DNA of 50,020 bases from a virus (taxonomy: Duplodnaviria > Caudoviricetes). Every line of letters begins with the position of its first letter. Positions within the stretch are counted from its first letter, which is position 1. Positions 8,363 through 17,159 of this stretch are shown here, piece by piece. The DNA lies in the IMG/VR virus record IMGVR_UViG_3300037781_000013, positions 1 through 50,020 of that record. One strand, given 5' to 3'. The notes beneath the pieces were generated by a model. That model was given only the letters and a program-made list of their open reading frames with translations, was not told the DNA's origin and ran no database searches. The translations under genes were made by a program, and so were the position numbers.

Positions 8363-8599
8363 ATGGAAATTGTAGGAACTGATGACAAGCATATAGGTGT
8401 GTTGCTAACACAGAATGAGTTTATATATTTAGCCGCAGCTATGGGAATGTCCAGTGATGACGAGGTGGAGAGATTTCTAAATAATAAGTGCGTAGACAGT
8501 GAGAGGGCGAGGGATGTAGTTAAGCCAAGTAGAGCAGGCTTTGAACTATACCAGTCTTTCTCGTCCCCACTAAAAAGCAATGGTATATTTAAGGAGTAG
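8363..8599 (+). CDS. hypothetical protein, paralog family A (1/3)
   Basis: MEIVG...IGVLLTQNEF shared N-terminus. Confidence 0.75.
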   Translation: MEIVGTDDKHIGVLLTQNEFIYLAAAMGMSSDDEVERFLNNKCVDSERARDVVKPSRAGFELYQSFSSPLKSNGIFKE

Positions 8600-8601
8600 C
8601 T

Positions 8602-8832
8602 ATGGAAATTATATGTGATGATATAAAAGACGGTATTGGGTTGATTGTAACTAAAGAAGAGCTTATGATGATATGTGACACTGTAGGCAACACAAGTATT
8701 GATGGCCGTAGGAAAAGTTTGATGACGGTTTACAATAATTTGAGTGAGGAATATCTACACGATGTAGCTGTAACAGGTGATCATGTATATCTTGATCTCC
8801 ATGTCTTCCTTAATGAACATGGGGTTAGATAG
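8602..8832 (+). CDS. hypothetical protein, paralog family A (2/3)
   Basis: MEIIC...IGLIVTKEEL. Confidence 0.75.
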   Translation: MEIICDDIKDGIGLIVTKEELMMICDTVGNTSIDGRRKSLMTVYNNLSEEYLHDVAVTGDHVYLDLHVFLNEHGVR

Positions 8833-8834
8833 TT

Positions 8835-9107
8835 ATGGAAATAATAGGGCACAATAAAGAAGGTGACACCGCTGTAATTCTCACTAAGGAAGAGTTAATA
8901 ACTATTGCAGCGTTTATGAACTTTAATTCCTACGATGACGTTGCTGATGTTGTCACTAGGTATCTTGAACAGGAAGACACTCAAAGTTTCTTAATAGATT
9001 ATAAATACGCAGGTGAGGACGCTAAGTTATTGTGTGATGGGAAGTCAGTGAGTCCAGATCACACGCTGTTTGATTCTATAACTACGTATATTAAAGGCAA
9101 CAATTAA
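8835..9107 (+). CDS. hypothetical protein, paralog family A (3/3)
   Basis: MEIIG...TAVILTKEEL. Confidence 0.75.
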   Translation: MEIIGHNKEGDTAVILTKEELITIAAFMNFNSYDDVADVVTRYLEQEDTQSFLIDYKYAGEDAKLLCDGKSVSPDHTLFDSITTYIKGNN

Positions 9108-9937
9108 TGAATGAAAGGTTTTCCTACAAAGAGATGAAAGAACTCCTAGCTGGACATTCCCTCCAAATAGGGGACACTATAAACATATTTCATTGTAAGA
9201 AGGGCCATAACAATGACAGGCTGTTCATTACAAAGAAAGATGATTGTGTTCTCTTCTTTTGTCATCATTGTGGGAAGAAGGGCAAGCTCAACACCACTAG
9301 AGCTGCCTATAAGAAACGAACAGGACAACTAACTAATACTAAGAATAAACCAAGAATGTCCACCGCTATGCCAGCAGATGGTATTCTAGAACCTCAGAAA
9401 TGGCCCGTAGAAGCTATGAGATGGACTAGCAGGGCTGGTATGTCCCTCACAGACATAGAAGAAGCAGGAATGCAATACAGTCCTTCCTTCAATCGTGTCA
9501 TTGTGCCTGTCTCCTTTGAAGGACAATACAATGGATGGGTGGGACGTAGAGTAGGGAATGATGATAGCATTCCTAAATATTTAGCTGCCTATGTAGACAG
9601 AGGTAAGAACATATATGTATGTAGAACTAACACTGAGAAAGAGATTATATTAGTGGAGGACATACTGAGTGCTAGGAAGTTAGCCAAGGCTGGCTATAAT
9701 TCTGTAGCATTACTAGGCACTTCACTCTCAGATGAGATGTTTTATTATTTGACTGTTAGATATAATTCGTTTATAATATGGCTGGATAATGACAATGCTC
9801 AAGTGAAACTAAATCAATTGAAATTAATGAACAAGCTGTCTGTTGTTGGTAATGTGAGAATTGTCAAGAGTGATAAAGACCCGAAGGAGTACAGCTTGAA
9901 AGAGATAGAGGAGATATTAAATGCAAATACCATATAG
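9107..9937 (+). CDS. DNA primase (zinc-binding domain plus TOPRIM)
   Basis: HC...CHHCG zinc motif; LVEDILSA, ALLGT, WLDND, KDPK TOPRIM motifs. Confidence 0.85.
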   Translation: MNERFSYKEMKELLAGHSLQIGDTINIFHCKKGHNNDRLFITKKDDCVLFFCHHCGKKGKLNTTRAAYKKRTGQLTNTKNKPRMSTAMPADGILEPQKWPVEAMRWTSRAGMSLTDIEEAGMQYSPSFNRVIVPVSFEGQYNGWVGRRVGNDDSIPKYLAAYVDRGKNIYVCRTNTEKEIILVEDILSARKLAKAGYNSVALLGTSLSDEMFYYLTVRYNSFIIWLDNDNAQVKLNQLKLMNKLSVVGNVRIVKSDKDPKEYSLKEIEEILNANTI

Positions 9938-10109
9938 AGATTTGGATAACAAGAATAGTGATTACTCTATACATGTTAATTTTTATGAAGAGACTACAAG
10001 AGTTGATATATTTGTTATAGATGGTGATGGAGCCAAGCACGTAACCTTTAGGAACAAAAACCATTTATACGAATGGATGCTACATGTAGTGGAAGAATTG
10101 GAGAAATAA
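9921..10109 (+). CDS. hypothetical protein, paralog family B
   Basis: C-terminal FRNKNHLYEWML motif. Confidence 0.7.
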   Translation: MQIPYRDLDNKNSDYSIHVNFYEETTRVDIFVIDGDGAKHVTFRNKNHLYEWMLHVVEELEK

Positions 10110-10111
10110 AT

Positions 10112-10348
10112 ATGGATACATTCACGTATGACATAGTTACTGATAAGTATGACGAAACAACGGATATAATTATCGTAAACTGTGATGAGCAGGGTGGTGA
10201 AGTAGCTACTGTAAGGCTGTACCATGACGACAATAGGGTAGCTTTAATATCACGTAATAGAGATGTTGTTGATTCCAGAGAATCATTATATTGCTTGATG
10301 GAGTTGATGATAAGAGCTATAGATGAGGTGGATGATGTTAGAGTATAA
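10112..10348 (+). CDS. hypothetical protein, family B-like
   Basis: GGAG RBS; ESLYCLMEL C-terminal helix. Confidence 0.7.
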   Translation: MDTFTYDIVTDKYDETTDIIIVNCDEQGGEVATVRLYHDDNRVALISRNRDVVDSRESLYCLMELMIRAIDEVDDVRV

Positions 10349-10562
10349 TATTAAGAGCTATTCGGTACAGTTTAATAATTCGCATAGCCACAGCATTGAA
10401 TTAACTGTAGGAGATATTTATGGAGAACCTAAAGAGATTGTATTACACGTTAAGGATAGGACAGATCACGCTATATACAGATTTAAAAATGAAGAAGAGC
10501 TATATACAATGATGCAACTAATACTAGATTTTAGAGAGGGTAGATTGAATGAAAGTGACTAG
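10335..10562 (+). CDS. hypothetical protein, paralog family B
   Basis: HAIYRFKNEEELYTMM. Confidence 0.7.
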   Translation: MLEYNIKSYSVQFNNSHSHSIELTVGDIYGEPKEIVLHVKDRTDHAIYRFKNEEELYTMMQLILDFREGRLNESD

Positions 10563-10764
10563 GAGAGGTGGAGGTATATATCAAGCTGAATTGTATAATG
10601 GAACTAAGGTGAGTGTTATCCATGCTAAATCACTAGGCATCATCACTCTGTCCGTACAAGACAAAGAAGCGCACGCTATAGCACACTTCAAAGAGACGGA
10701 ACATCTATACCAATTTATGCTAGAAGCATTGGAGACTGTAGAGGAGAAAGAGAATGAAAGTTGA
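10549..10764 (+). CDS. hypothetical protein, paralog family B
   Basis: HAIAHFKETEHLYQFML. Confidence 0.7.
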   Translation: MKVTRRGGGIYQAELYNGTKVSVIHAKSLGIITLSVQDKEAHAIAHFKETEHLYQFMLEALETVEEKENES

Positions 10765-11032
10765 TATGAGGAGAGTTACTAAATCAAAGCCTAAGAAGGT
10801 GTTTAGGGATAAGTTTGGTGATTGCTATGAAGTGGTGGTGATGTGTAATGGCAAGCAAGCAGCTGATGTAGTTTTGACACATATACACACCAATCCTATA
10901 GTGTGTGTAATAACTACCCCTCCGGCCACGGGTGTTGGTTGTGAAACAGGTGCTATTGAATACATGTATGCTGTCCTCCTCCGAATATCCGAAGCTGTAG
11001 AAGAGCTTGGTGAATTAGCAAAGACGTTATAA
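10754..11032 (+). CDS. hypothetical protein, family B-like
   Basis: EYMYAVLLRISEAVEEL; stop codon lies in the dyad. Confidence 0.65.
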   Translation: MKVDMRRVTKSKPKKVFRDKFGDCYEVVVMCNGKQAADVVLTHIHTNPIVCVITTPPATGVGCETGAIEYMYAVLLRISEAVEELGELAKTL

Positions 11033-11042
11033 CATTGTTATA
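11028..11042. promoter_or_regulatory. 15-bp dyad TATAACATTGTTATA (perfect copy)
   Basis: Abuts a GGAGA RBS. Confidence 0.8.
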
Positions 11043-11053
11043 GGAGACTGGAT

Positions 11054-11311
11054 ATGATTGGTGTACAAAGAAGTAAACAACTTAACAACGGCTCCAGTGG
11101 ACAGACATTGGAACGTATTGACATCTTTACATCTAAAGGCAGACGAGCAGCTGTTATAACAAATGGGAACAGTGCAATGAGTGGTGTTACACAGAGCGTA
11201 GCCCTAACAACACATTTCATAGATGATGAAGAAGACTTCAGGATGGTGATGGAAGTGGTAATTGATGAAACAATAAAACACATGAGAGGGGAAGACAATG
11301 TATCAAGTTAG
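11054..11311 (+). CDS. hypothetical protein
   Basis: RBS, ORF; possible distant family B member. Confidence 0.65.
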   Translation: MIGVQRSKQLNNGSSGQTLERIDIFTSKGRRAAVITNGNSAMSGVTQSVALTTHFIDDEEDFRMVMEVVIDETIKHMRGEDNVSS

Positions 11312-11534
11312 AACTCCTACACCAGAGGTGTATGAAGAGGTAATTAAAATCTTATTGAACTTCGGGTATACATGGATGGCAGGGCAGACAGAGATTTTAT
11401 ACACTGAGACTTTTTACGAAGACGATGTGTGGGGTGTTTTGGTACGTGACGACTCATTGATGTTCCAAAGAGTATTAGCTAATGAACCTATAAATGATGT
11501 AGATATTGTAAACATATTTGAAGGAGAACAATAA
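11298..11534 (+). CDS. hypothetical protein
   Basis: GAGGGG RBS. Confidence 0.65.
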   Translation: MYQVRTPTPEVYEEVIKILLNFGYTWMAGQTEILYTETFYEDDVWGVLVRDDSLMFQRVLANEPINDVDIVNIFEGEQ

Positions 11535-11537
11535 CAT

Positions 11538-12794
11538 ATGAGCTTAGACCTACTATCCATTCTTTCAACTAAAGAAGCGTACGAGAGATATAATGGATTT
11601 TTAAACAAAGACATTCTATCAGCAGAGACACAAATTATTGCTGATGATTTAAAAGCCTACTATGAGGAGACAGGAGAACAAGAAGTAGATTGGGAACAAT
11701 TTGAAGAGTGGTTTAAGTATGCCAAGCATAGCGGATGGGACAGGACAAAGCACCAAGCATTCAGTGTTATATTTGAAGCCCTGTCTACACATACACCATC
11801 TAAAGTGCAGGAAGCTATTGTTGAGAGCTTTGTACTAAGAGATTACTACCAAGAGATTGCAGACGTAGCTCTACGTGGTGCTGAAGGACAAGCTGTAAGC
11901 ATGGAGAAAATCACAGAGCTTATAGAGAGCTGCAATCATAAGCTGGATAGAGTAAGTAAGCTGGACAGTTTCTTTGTTACAGACGATATTCAGGAACTTG
12001 TAGCTGACGTAGAGGGAGGCTACTCATGGCGTATGTCCTGTCTTAACAGGAGCATTGGTAGGCTACGTAGTGGTAAGCTGGTGTGCTTTGCTGCACGTCC
12101 TAATGTGGGCAAGACAACATGGCTAGCCAGTGAGATGACACACATGGCAGAGCAGATAGAAGATGATGAATGTATCCTGTGGTTTAACAATGAGGAGAGT
12201 GGCAGTGATGTTAAGCTGCGTCTCATACAAGCAGCTACAGGATGCACTGGTGCATACATTGAGGAGAATCCTGTTAATGCTATGAACAACTACCGGATGG
12301 CTATTGGTAATGTAGGAAAGATTAAGATATTGGATAAGGCAGACATATCAACAAGAGATGTTGAGGAAATTGTCAAGCGATATAAGCCTAAAATAATTGT
12401 ATTCGATCAGCTACATAAAGTGCATGGCTTTGAGAAGAGCAGCAGCACAGACACAGCTAGGCTTGGAAACATATACCAATGGGCTAGGGAAATAGCTAAG
12501 ACGTATGCTCCTGTTGTCAGTGTGCATCAAGTGAAGACAGAAGGAGAAGGGGTTGAATATCTAACTCCAGACATGCTATACCTATCTGGTACAGTGATAC
12601 AGTCGGAAGTAGATGGCCTCATACTGATGGGACGCAATCACATTGCAGGACAGAACAACAGGAGGTTTATCGCTATTGGTAAAGTGAAGGGTGCTTATGG
12701 TAAGGAAGTGAATCCAGATGAACGTGAAGGGCAGTATGAGGTGGAAATACTGCCTGACACGGCACAATTTAATGAGGAGGAACATAACAGATGA
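11538..12794 (+). CDS. replicative DNA helicase (SF4/DnaB-like)
   Basis: Walker A AARPNVGKTT, NNEE, IIVFDQL Walker B, VHQ. Confidence 0.9.
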   Translation: MSLDLLSILSTKEAYERYNGFLNKDILSAETQIIADDLKAYYEETGEQEVDWEQFEEWFKYAKHSGWDRTKHQAFSVIFEALSTHTPSKVQEAIVESFVLRDYYQEIADVALRGAEGQAVSMEKITELIESCNHKLDRVSKLDSFFVTDDIQELVADVEGGYSWRMSCLNRSIGRLRSGKLVCFAARPNVGKTTWLASEMTHMAEQIEDDECILWFNNEESGSDVKLRLIQAATGCTGAYIEENPVNAMNNYRMAIGNVGKIKILDKADISTRDVEEIVKRYKPKIIVFDQLHKVHGFEKSSSTDTARLGNIYQWAREIAKTYAPVVSVHQVKTEGEGVEYLTPDMLYLSGTVIQSEVDGLILMGRNHIAGQNNRRFIAIGKVKGAYGKEVNPDEREGQYEVEILPDTAQFNEEEHNR

Positions 12795-13057
12795 AGCTAA
12801 CAGAATGTAAGCCGGGCGACTTAGTTAGGAGTCTCCGTCCGGGTGATGAGGATGTTCTGTACTTTGCATTTGAATCTCCCAACAATCCAGACATAATAAG
12901 ATTTGCCTACCTGAATGGCGGGTCATCAGGGATTCAGACAGCAATGAATGAACACTCTTTACAGGCATTGATTGAGGACGAGAGGTATAGTGATACTCAT
13001 AATGTAGAGTTTATATGTAACCTAGCAGAGCTAGCTAGAGAGGTGTGTTTAACATGA
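12791..13057 (+). CDS. hypothetical protein, paralog family C (1/3)
   Basis: MKLTECKPGDLV...VEFICNLAEL. Confidence 0.75.
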   Translation: MKLTECKPGDLVRSLRPGDEDVLYFAFESPNNPDIIRFAYLNGGSSGIQTAMNEHSLQALIEDERYSDTHNVEFICNLAELAREVCLT

Positions 13058-13329
13058 AGCTGAAAGACTGCCAGAATGGTGACTTAGTTAAGTGGCCTCA
13101 TGAAGAGGGCTGTACAATGCTGTTTGTTAGGGGCTGTGGGATGGATGAAGACTTACGTGTTGTAGTGCTAAAGTCAGCGGAGCAAGCAAGTAAAGGAAAC
13201 CCATACGTTGATATATTTCTTCAGGATGTGCTTATTAAAGATTTTGGTGAAGACGTACACGATTGCGAAGTGGAATGGATATGTAGGCTTCCAGAATTAA
13301 TGGAGGAGGTGTTAAATGAAGATGGTTAG
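13054..13329 (+). CDS. hypothetical protein, paralog family C (2/3)
   Basis: MKLKDCQNGDLV...VEWICRLPEL. Confidence 0.75.
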   Translation: MKLKDCQNGDLVKWPHEEGCTMLFVRGCGMDEDLRVVVLKSAEQASKGNPYVDIFLQDVLIKDFGEDVHDCEVEWICRLPELMEEVLNEDG

Positions 13330-13570
13330 ATTTATGGATGCCTCACCGGGAGATTTAATTAGAAACCCGGAGTCCGGTTTAATATATTTAATGGTAGATG
13401 AGGGTAGAGAGGGGGTGATGAGACATGTTGTATTTAACAATGAAGTTTCCCTTGCCAATCTACATCCTAGAGAAGTTAGGAGGTTTGGGCTAGAAACTCA
13501 GGAAAAGGAGTTTGAATACCTTTGTAACCTTTCTGCTACATTGATGGAGATAGATAGTAATGACAGCTGA
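13316..13570 (+). CDS. hypothetical protein, paralog family C (3/3)
   Basis: RFMDASPGDLI...FEYLCNLSATL. Confidence 0.75.
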   Translation: MKMVRFMDASPGDLIRNPESGLIYLMVDEGREGVMRHVVFNNEVSLANLHPREVRRFGLETQEKEFEYLCNLSATLMEIDSNDS

Positions 13571-14729
13571 TAATAAAATATTCTTTGACCTAGAAACTTC
13601 TATTAAAAATAGAGGGGAGAAGGCCATAGGAAAGAACAAAGCCTCTCCATATTGTGTAGAGAACAACATTGTGTATGCTGGATGGAGTAGAGGAGGCTTC
13701 TATTCTGTAGGGCATGAAATACCATTTCGCTCAGGGTGTACATACATAGCACATAATATTGCTTTTGATTTGTCACATTTGATGTGTAACCACAGCCATT
13801 GGAGAGAGGCTGTATTTAAGAAGCGAATTAAAATATGGGACACAATGATTGTGGAATATCTTCTGACAGGACAACGCCTAACGTGGGCTTCTCTGGATGA
13901 CTTAGCATTCCTGTATGGAGGAACACAGAAGGACAGCAGGATTAAAGAGTATTGGGAAGCTGACATAGACACAGAAGACATTCCTGTTGAGGAGATATTG
14001 CCCTATCTGGAAGATGATGTTAAGAACCTCATTATAATTGAGAAGGGCCAGAGAGACTTGGCTGAGAAGTTAGGCATGTTGCCCCTCATTGAGAGCCAGA
14101 TGGAAGCAAGGCTAGCCACAATTATGATGGAATTTAATGGAATGTCATTTGACAAATTGCTGGCAATGCAATATGCTGTAGCTCTAGATAGGGAACTAGA
14201 TGCTGTGTATGTTGAGCAACACAAGCTAATGCAAGATGTGTTTGATTGCCTTCCAGACTGTCTCAATCCTAATTCTAATGAACAGATGAGTGTGTATTTA
14301 TTTGGAGGAGAGTTCCCCACTAAACAGTCTCTTCCCCAATTTAATCCTGATGGTAGTCCTATTATTTATAAAACAGGGCAGAAGAAAGGACTCCAGAAGC
14401 ACAAGATGGAGACGGTGATGGTGGCTCCGGGTTGGGGACATGTGATACACGACCCATTAGATCACAGCTCTGTTAAGAATAAGAAGGGGTTTTACACAGT
14501 GAATGAGGAGACACTTAAGAGTTTGAGCAACGACAACAATAATTTTGCTGACAATGCTTTGAAAATACGAGAACTAAAAAAACAAATATCTACTTATTTC
14601 AGAGGGTATAGTGACTTGGTGTGGCCTGATGGTTTGATACATGGACAACTCAATCATTGTCAAACAGCTACAGGTAGACTATCCAGCTCACAGCCTAATT
14701 TGCAGAATTTAAGTGGTAAGAAAAGCTAG
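13560..14729 (+). CDS. polA: family A DNA polymerase, N-terminal part (3'-5' exonuclease plus thumb)
   Basis: FDLET ExoI, HNIAFD ExoII, YLEDD ExoIII; ends with TATGRLSSSQPNLQN. Confidence 0.9.
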   Translation: MTADNKIFFDLETSIKNRGEKAIGKNKASPYCVENNIVYAGWSRGGFYSVGHEIPFRSGCTYIAHNIAFDLSHLMCNHSHWREAVFKKRIKIWDTMIVEYLLTGQRLTWASLDDLAFLYGGTQKDSRIKEYWEADIDTEDIPVEEILPYLEDDVKNLIIIEKGQRDLAEKLGMLPLIESQMEARLATIMMEFNGMSFDKLLAMQYAVALDRELDAVYVEQHKLMQDVFDCLPDCLNPNSNEQMSVYLFGGEFPTKQSLPQFNPDGSPIIYKTGQKKGLQKHKMETVMVAPGWGHVIHDPLDHSSVKNKKGFYTVNEETLKSLSNDNNNFADNALKIRELKKQISTYFRGYSDLVWPDGLIHGQLNHCQTATGRLSSSQPNLQNLSGKKS

Positions 14730-14737
14730 GAGGTTTT

Positions 14738-15040
14738 ATGGGAATGGTTAAGAGAAGTATGCCAGAGAGTATATCCAAGGTGGTTGATATTCTGGAAAAG
14801 AAAGGACTAACATGGGATGACCTAGTAGACGTACTAGAAGGGCTGGACGACACACCACAAGTAGGAGTGTGGATAGAAAACACTAAGGGTGTATGTCCAG
14901 TGGCTCCTCACACGCTAGTAGATGTAGAGTTCAATGGCGGGAAAATAGTAAAAGGAGTGCCAGCAGGTAACGCTGGCTGGTCAACGGGTTCCACTACGTA
15001 TCTAATAAAAGCATACAGAGTTTGTGAGGAGGGTAGCTAA
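14738..15040 (+). CDS. hypothetical protein
   Basis: GGAGG RBS; C-terminal WIEN..G.CPV...LVDV...W..I.AYR phage domain. Confidence 0.7.
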   Translation: MGMVKRSMPESISKVVDILEKKGLTWDDLVDVLEGLDDTPQVGVWIENTKGVCPVAPHTLVDVEFNGGKIVKGVPAGNAGWSTGSTTYLIKAYRVCEEGS

Positions 15041-15249
15041 TGAAATGGTATAAAGTTTCCGATAAACTTCCTGAACCATATTTAAAGGTTAGGTGCAGAG
15101 TTGAGGTGGGCAGTATGCAGCGCAGAATTATAGAACGAGATGGCTTCAGGCTTAACGATCCGTGGAAAGCTAGGTTCAGCTGTGATGGAGACTGGCAAAC
15201 TACTGTAGAATGGCGGTATTTAGAAGGGGAGGAAGTTTATGCGGTGTAG
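15040..15249 (+). CDS. DUF551-like small protein
   Basis: MKWYKVSDKLPE N-terminus and VEWRYL C-terminus. Confidence 0.65.
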   Translation: MKWYKVSDKLPEPYLKVRCRVEVGSMQRRIIERDGFRLNDPWKARFSCDGDWQTTVEWRYLEGEEVYAV

Positions 15250-15523
15250 AGCTTGTAACAATGTTATAAAGGGGAGCAGGGCTAAGATTAGTGTTGCTCC
15301 AAATGACCCAAAGCATGAGCTATATACAGGGCTTGTATTTGAGGAGGAAGAAGACCTGTGCAAAGAATGTATAGCTGATATACGTGAGAGCTATCTGGAC
15401 TATTCTTTTGACCCTGATGCTAGAGCAGAAGAACTAAGGCTGTATTTAAACAAGAATGATGATGGTGATTATTACATCATTGAAACAATATTAGAAGAAG
15501 GTAAAATAGGAGTGGAGGAATGA
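15239..15523 (+). CDS. putative zinc-finger protein
   Basis: MRCRACN...LCKEC; contains a one-mismatch dyad at 15254-15268. Confidence 0.7.
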   Translation: MRCRACNNVIKGSRAKISVAPNDPKHELYTGLVFEEEEDLCKECIADIRESYLDYSFDPDARAEELRLYLNKNDDGDYYIIETILEEGKIGVEE

Positions 15524-15732
15524 GTATGGATTATTTAACTATTTATTTTCTTATGATGATACTTTGGGCAATAGTTAGGTTGTTAAGTATGTACCCTGAT
15601 AATCCGGACAGGACAGTGATTACTCACGCTCTAGTTTGGCCTTTGGTTTTACTTATATATGTACTAAGATTTAATACTAAACTGTTGCTTTGGTTATTCA
15701 CTGATATACATAAACTAATACGAGATAAATAA
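15520..15732 (+). CDS. small membrane protein
   Basis: Two hydrophobic segments, LVWPL. Confidence 0.65.
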   Translation: MSMDYLTIYFLMMILWAIVRLLSMYPDNPDRTVITHALVWPLVLLIYVLRFNTKLLLWLFTDIHKLIRDK

Positions 15733-15734
15733 AC

Positions 15735-16622
15735 ATGGCGAATATTAAAGAATGTTTTAAGTCTAGATGGGGAGACAATGGGGTTATTGTAGAAATTGAC
15801 TTCTCTCAGCTGGAAGTTATAGGAGCTGCCACTGTATCAGGCGACCCTATGATGAAGGCTGACATTATGAATGACATTGATAGTCATAGCCAGAGTGCTA
15901 GCTGGCTGAATCCTCAGCACACATACGATGAGATTAGGGCAGGGTATGTAAACGACGACCCCTTCTTCACTGAGATGAGGAAGAAAGCAAAGGCTCCCCG
16001 CTTTGAGCTACAATACGGAGCAAGAGCACCGAGCATAGCACGTAACAACAAGATTAGCTTGGAGAAAGCACAAGGCTTTATTGATGCCTATTATGACAGG
16101 TATAAAGTGTTGAAGGCTTTCCAAGAGGATGTACAGGAGCAAGTGGAAGCTTCTATAAGGCTCTCTGACAGGAGAACAGCTTCAGGACAACCCGCAGGGG
16201 TGGGGGAATATATATCCATCACAGGAAGGCGTTATAGCTTCTATGAGCAAGATAGTCCTCAATGGCTAGCAGACAAAGGACAGCCACGTAGCATTAGTCC
16301 TACACAAATAGCCAACTACCCAATGCAGGGCTTTGCTACAGGAGACATTGTGCCAGAGGTGTTGGGAAGAGTGCATGACTACATTGCTGACCGGGATTTA
16401 TACGAACAAGTGTTGATGATTAACACTGTTCACGATAGCATCATCTTCGATGTCCACAGGGACAAGGCATATGAGATGAACAATATTGCTAAGTATATGG
16501 AAAATGTCCCGGCATTTATGAACGAAAGATTTGGAATTACTATTGACTTACCCTTTAAAGTTGATGTAGAATATGGACGCAATTGGGGAAACATGAAATC
16601 AAATTACCAAGATACATTATAA
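15735..16622 (+). CDS. polA: family A DNA polymerase, C-terminal part (palm and fingers)
   Basis: Motif A DFSQLE, motif B RKKAKAPRFELQYG, NYPMQG, motif C VHDSI. Confidence 0.9.
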   Translation: MANIKECFKSRWGDNGVIVEIDFSQLEVIGAATVSGDPMMKADIMNDIDSHSQSASWLNPQHTYDEIRAGYVNDDPFFTEMRKKAKAPRFELQYGARAPSIARNNKISLEKAQGFIDAYYDRYKVLKAFQEDVQEQVEASIRLSDRRTASGQPAGVGEYISITGRRYSFYEQDSPQWLADKGQPRSISPTQIANYPMQGFATGDIVPEVLGRVHDYIADRDLYEQVLMINTVHDSIIFDVHRDKAYEMNNIAKYMENVPAFMNERFGITIDLPFKVDVEYGRNWGNMKSNYQDTL

Positions 16623-16632
16623 GGGGTGGAGT

Positions 16633-16773
16633 ATGGATGAGAATGAAAGAGAAGCTATAATCCTAATGTTGGAAGAAGGTATTGAGGCATCAGAGGAATT
16701 AACTCTATCCCTTCGGAACATGTTAGATAGTATAGTGGATGGTGAATATCCAGAACTAGATTTGGAGGAATAA
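16633..16773 (+). CDS. small acidic protein, 46 aa
   Basis: GGGG/GGAG RBS; fills the gap. Confidence 0.55.
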   Translation: MDENEREAIILMLEEGIEASEELTLSLRNMLDSIVDGEYPELDLEE

Positions 16774-16774
16774 T

Positions 16775-16930
16775 ATGACAGCAGAAGAACAACTAGAATT
16801 CCCATTCGATGAAGCAGGGCTTGTGAAAGAACTGATATTGGACTTGAGGAATGAATATGACCTTAGCGTAGATGAATTTATTTCTGTGCTACACGATGTA
16901 ACTGAAACCGTACTAATTGAGGAGGTATGA
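16775..16930 (+). CDS. small acidic protein, 51 aa
   Basis: GGAGG RBS; fills the gap. Confidence 0.55.
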   Translation: MTAEEQLEFPFDEAGLVKELILDLRNEYDLSVDEFISVLHDVTETVLIEEV

Positions 16931-16931
16931 T

Positions 16932-17159
16932 ATGACTGATAAGAAGTATTTATTTAAGGACATCCGAACTAACGCTTTCTTTTCTTACACAGGAGAGCCA
17001 GTAGAGAAGGATGAAGATGTAGTGGAAACTCTCACGAAAGAGATTGAAGATGCAGGACACTCATTTGAAGATGTTTGTCCAGAGGGTGTTGTTTTTTATA
17101 AAGCTCTGTATGAAGTAAAGCCGCAGAAACGACCCATTGATGTTAAGGAGGTGAAATAG
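16932..17159 (+). CDS. hypothetical protein
   Basis: GGAGG RBS before the ATG at 16932. Confidence 0.65.
   Translation: MTDKKYLFKDIRTNAFFSYTGEPVEKDEDVVETLTKEIEDAGHSFEDVCPEGVVFYKALYEVKPQKRPIDVKEVK

Noticed and set aside
14730-15734. Group I intron or intein interrupting polA
   Set aside because: The gap is filled by four ordinary small ORFs; no homing endonuclease, intron core or intein termini were seen
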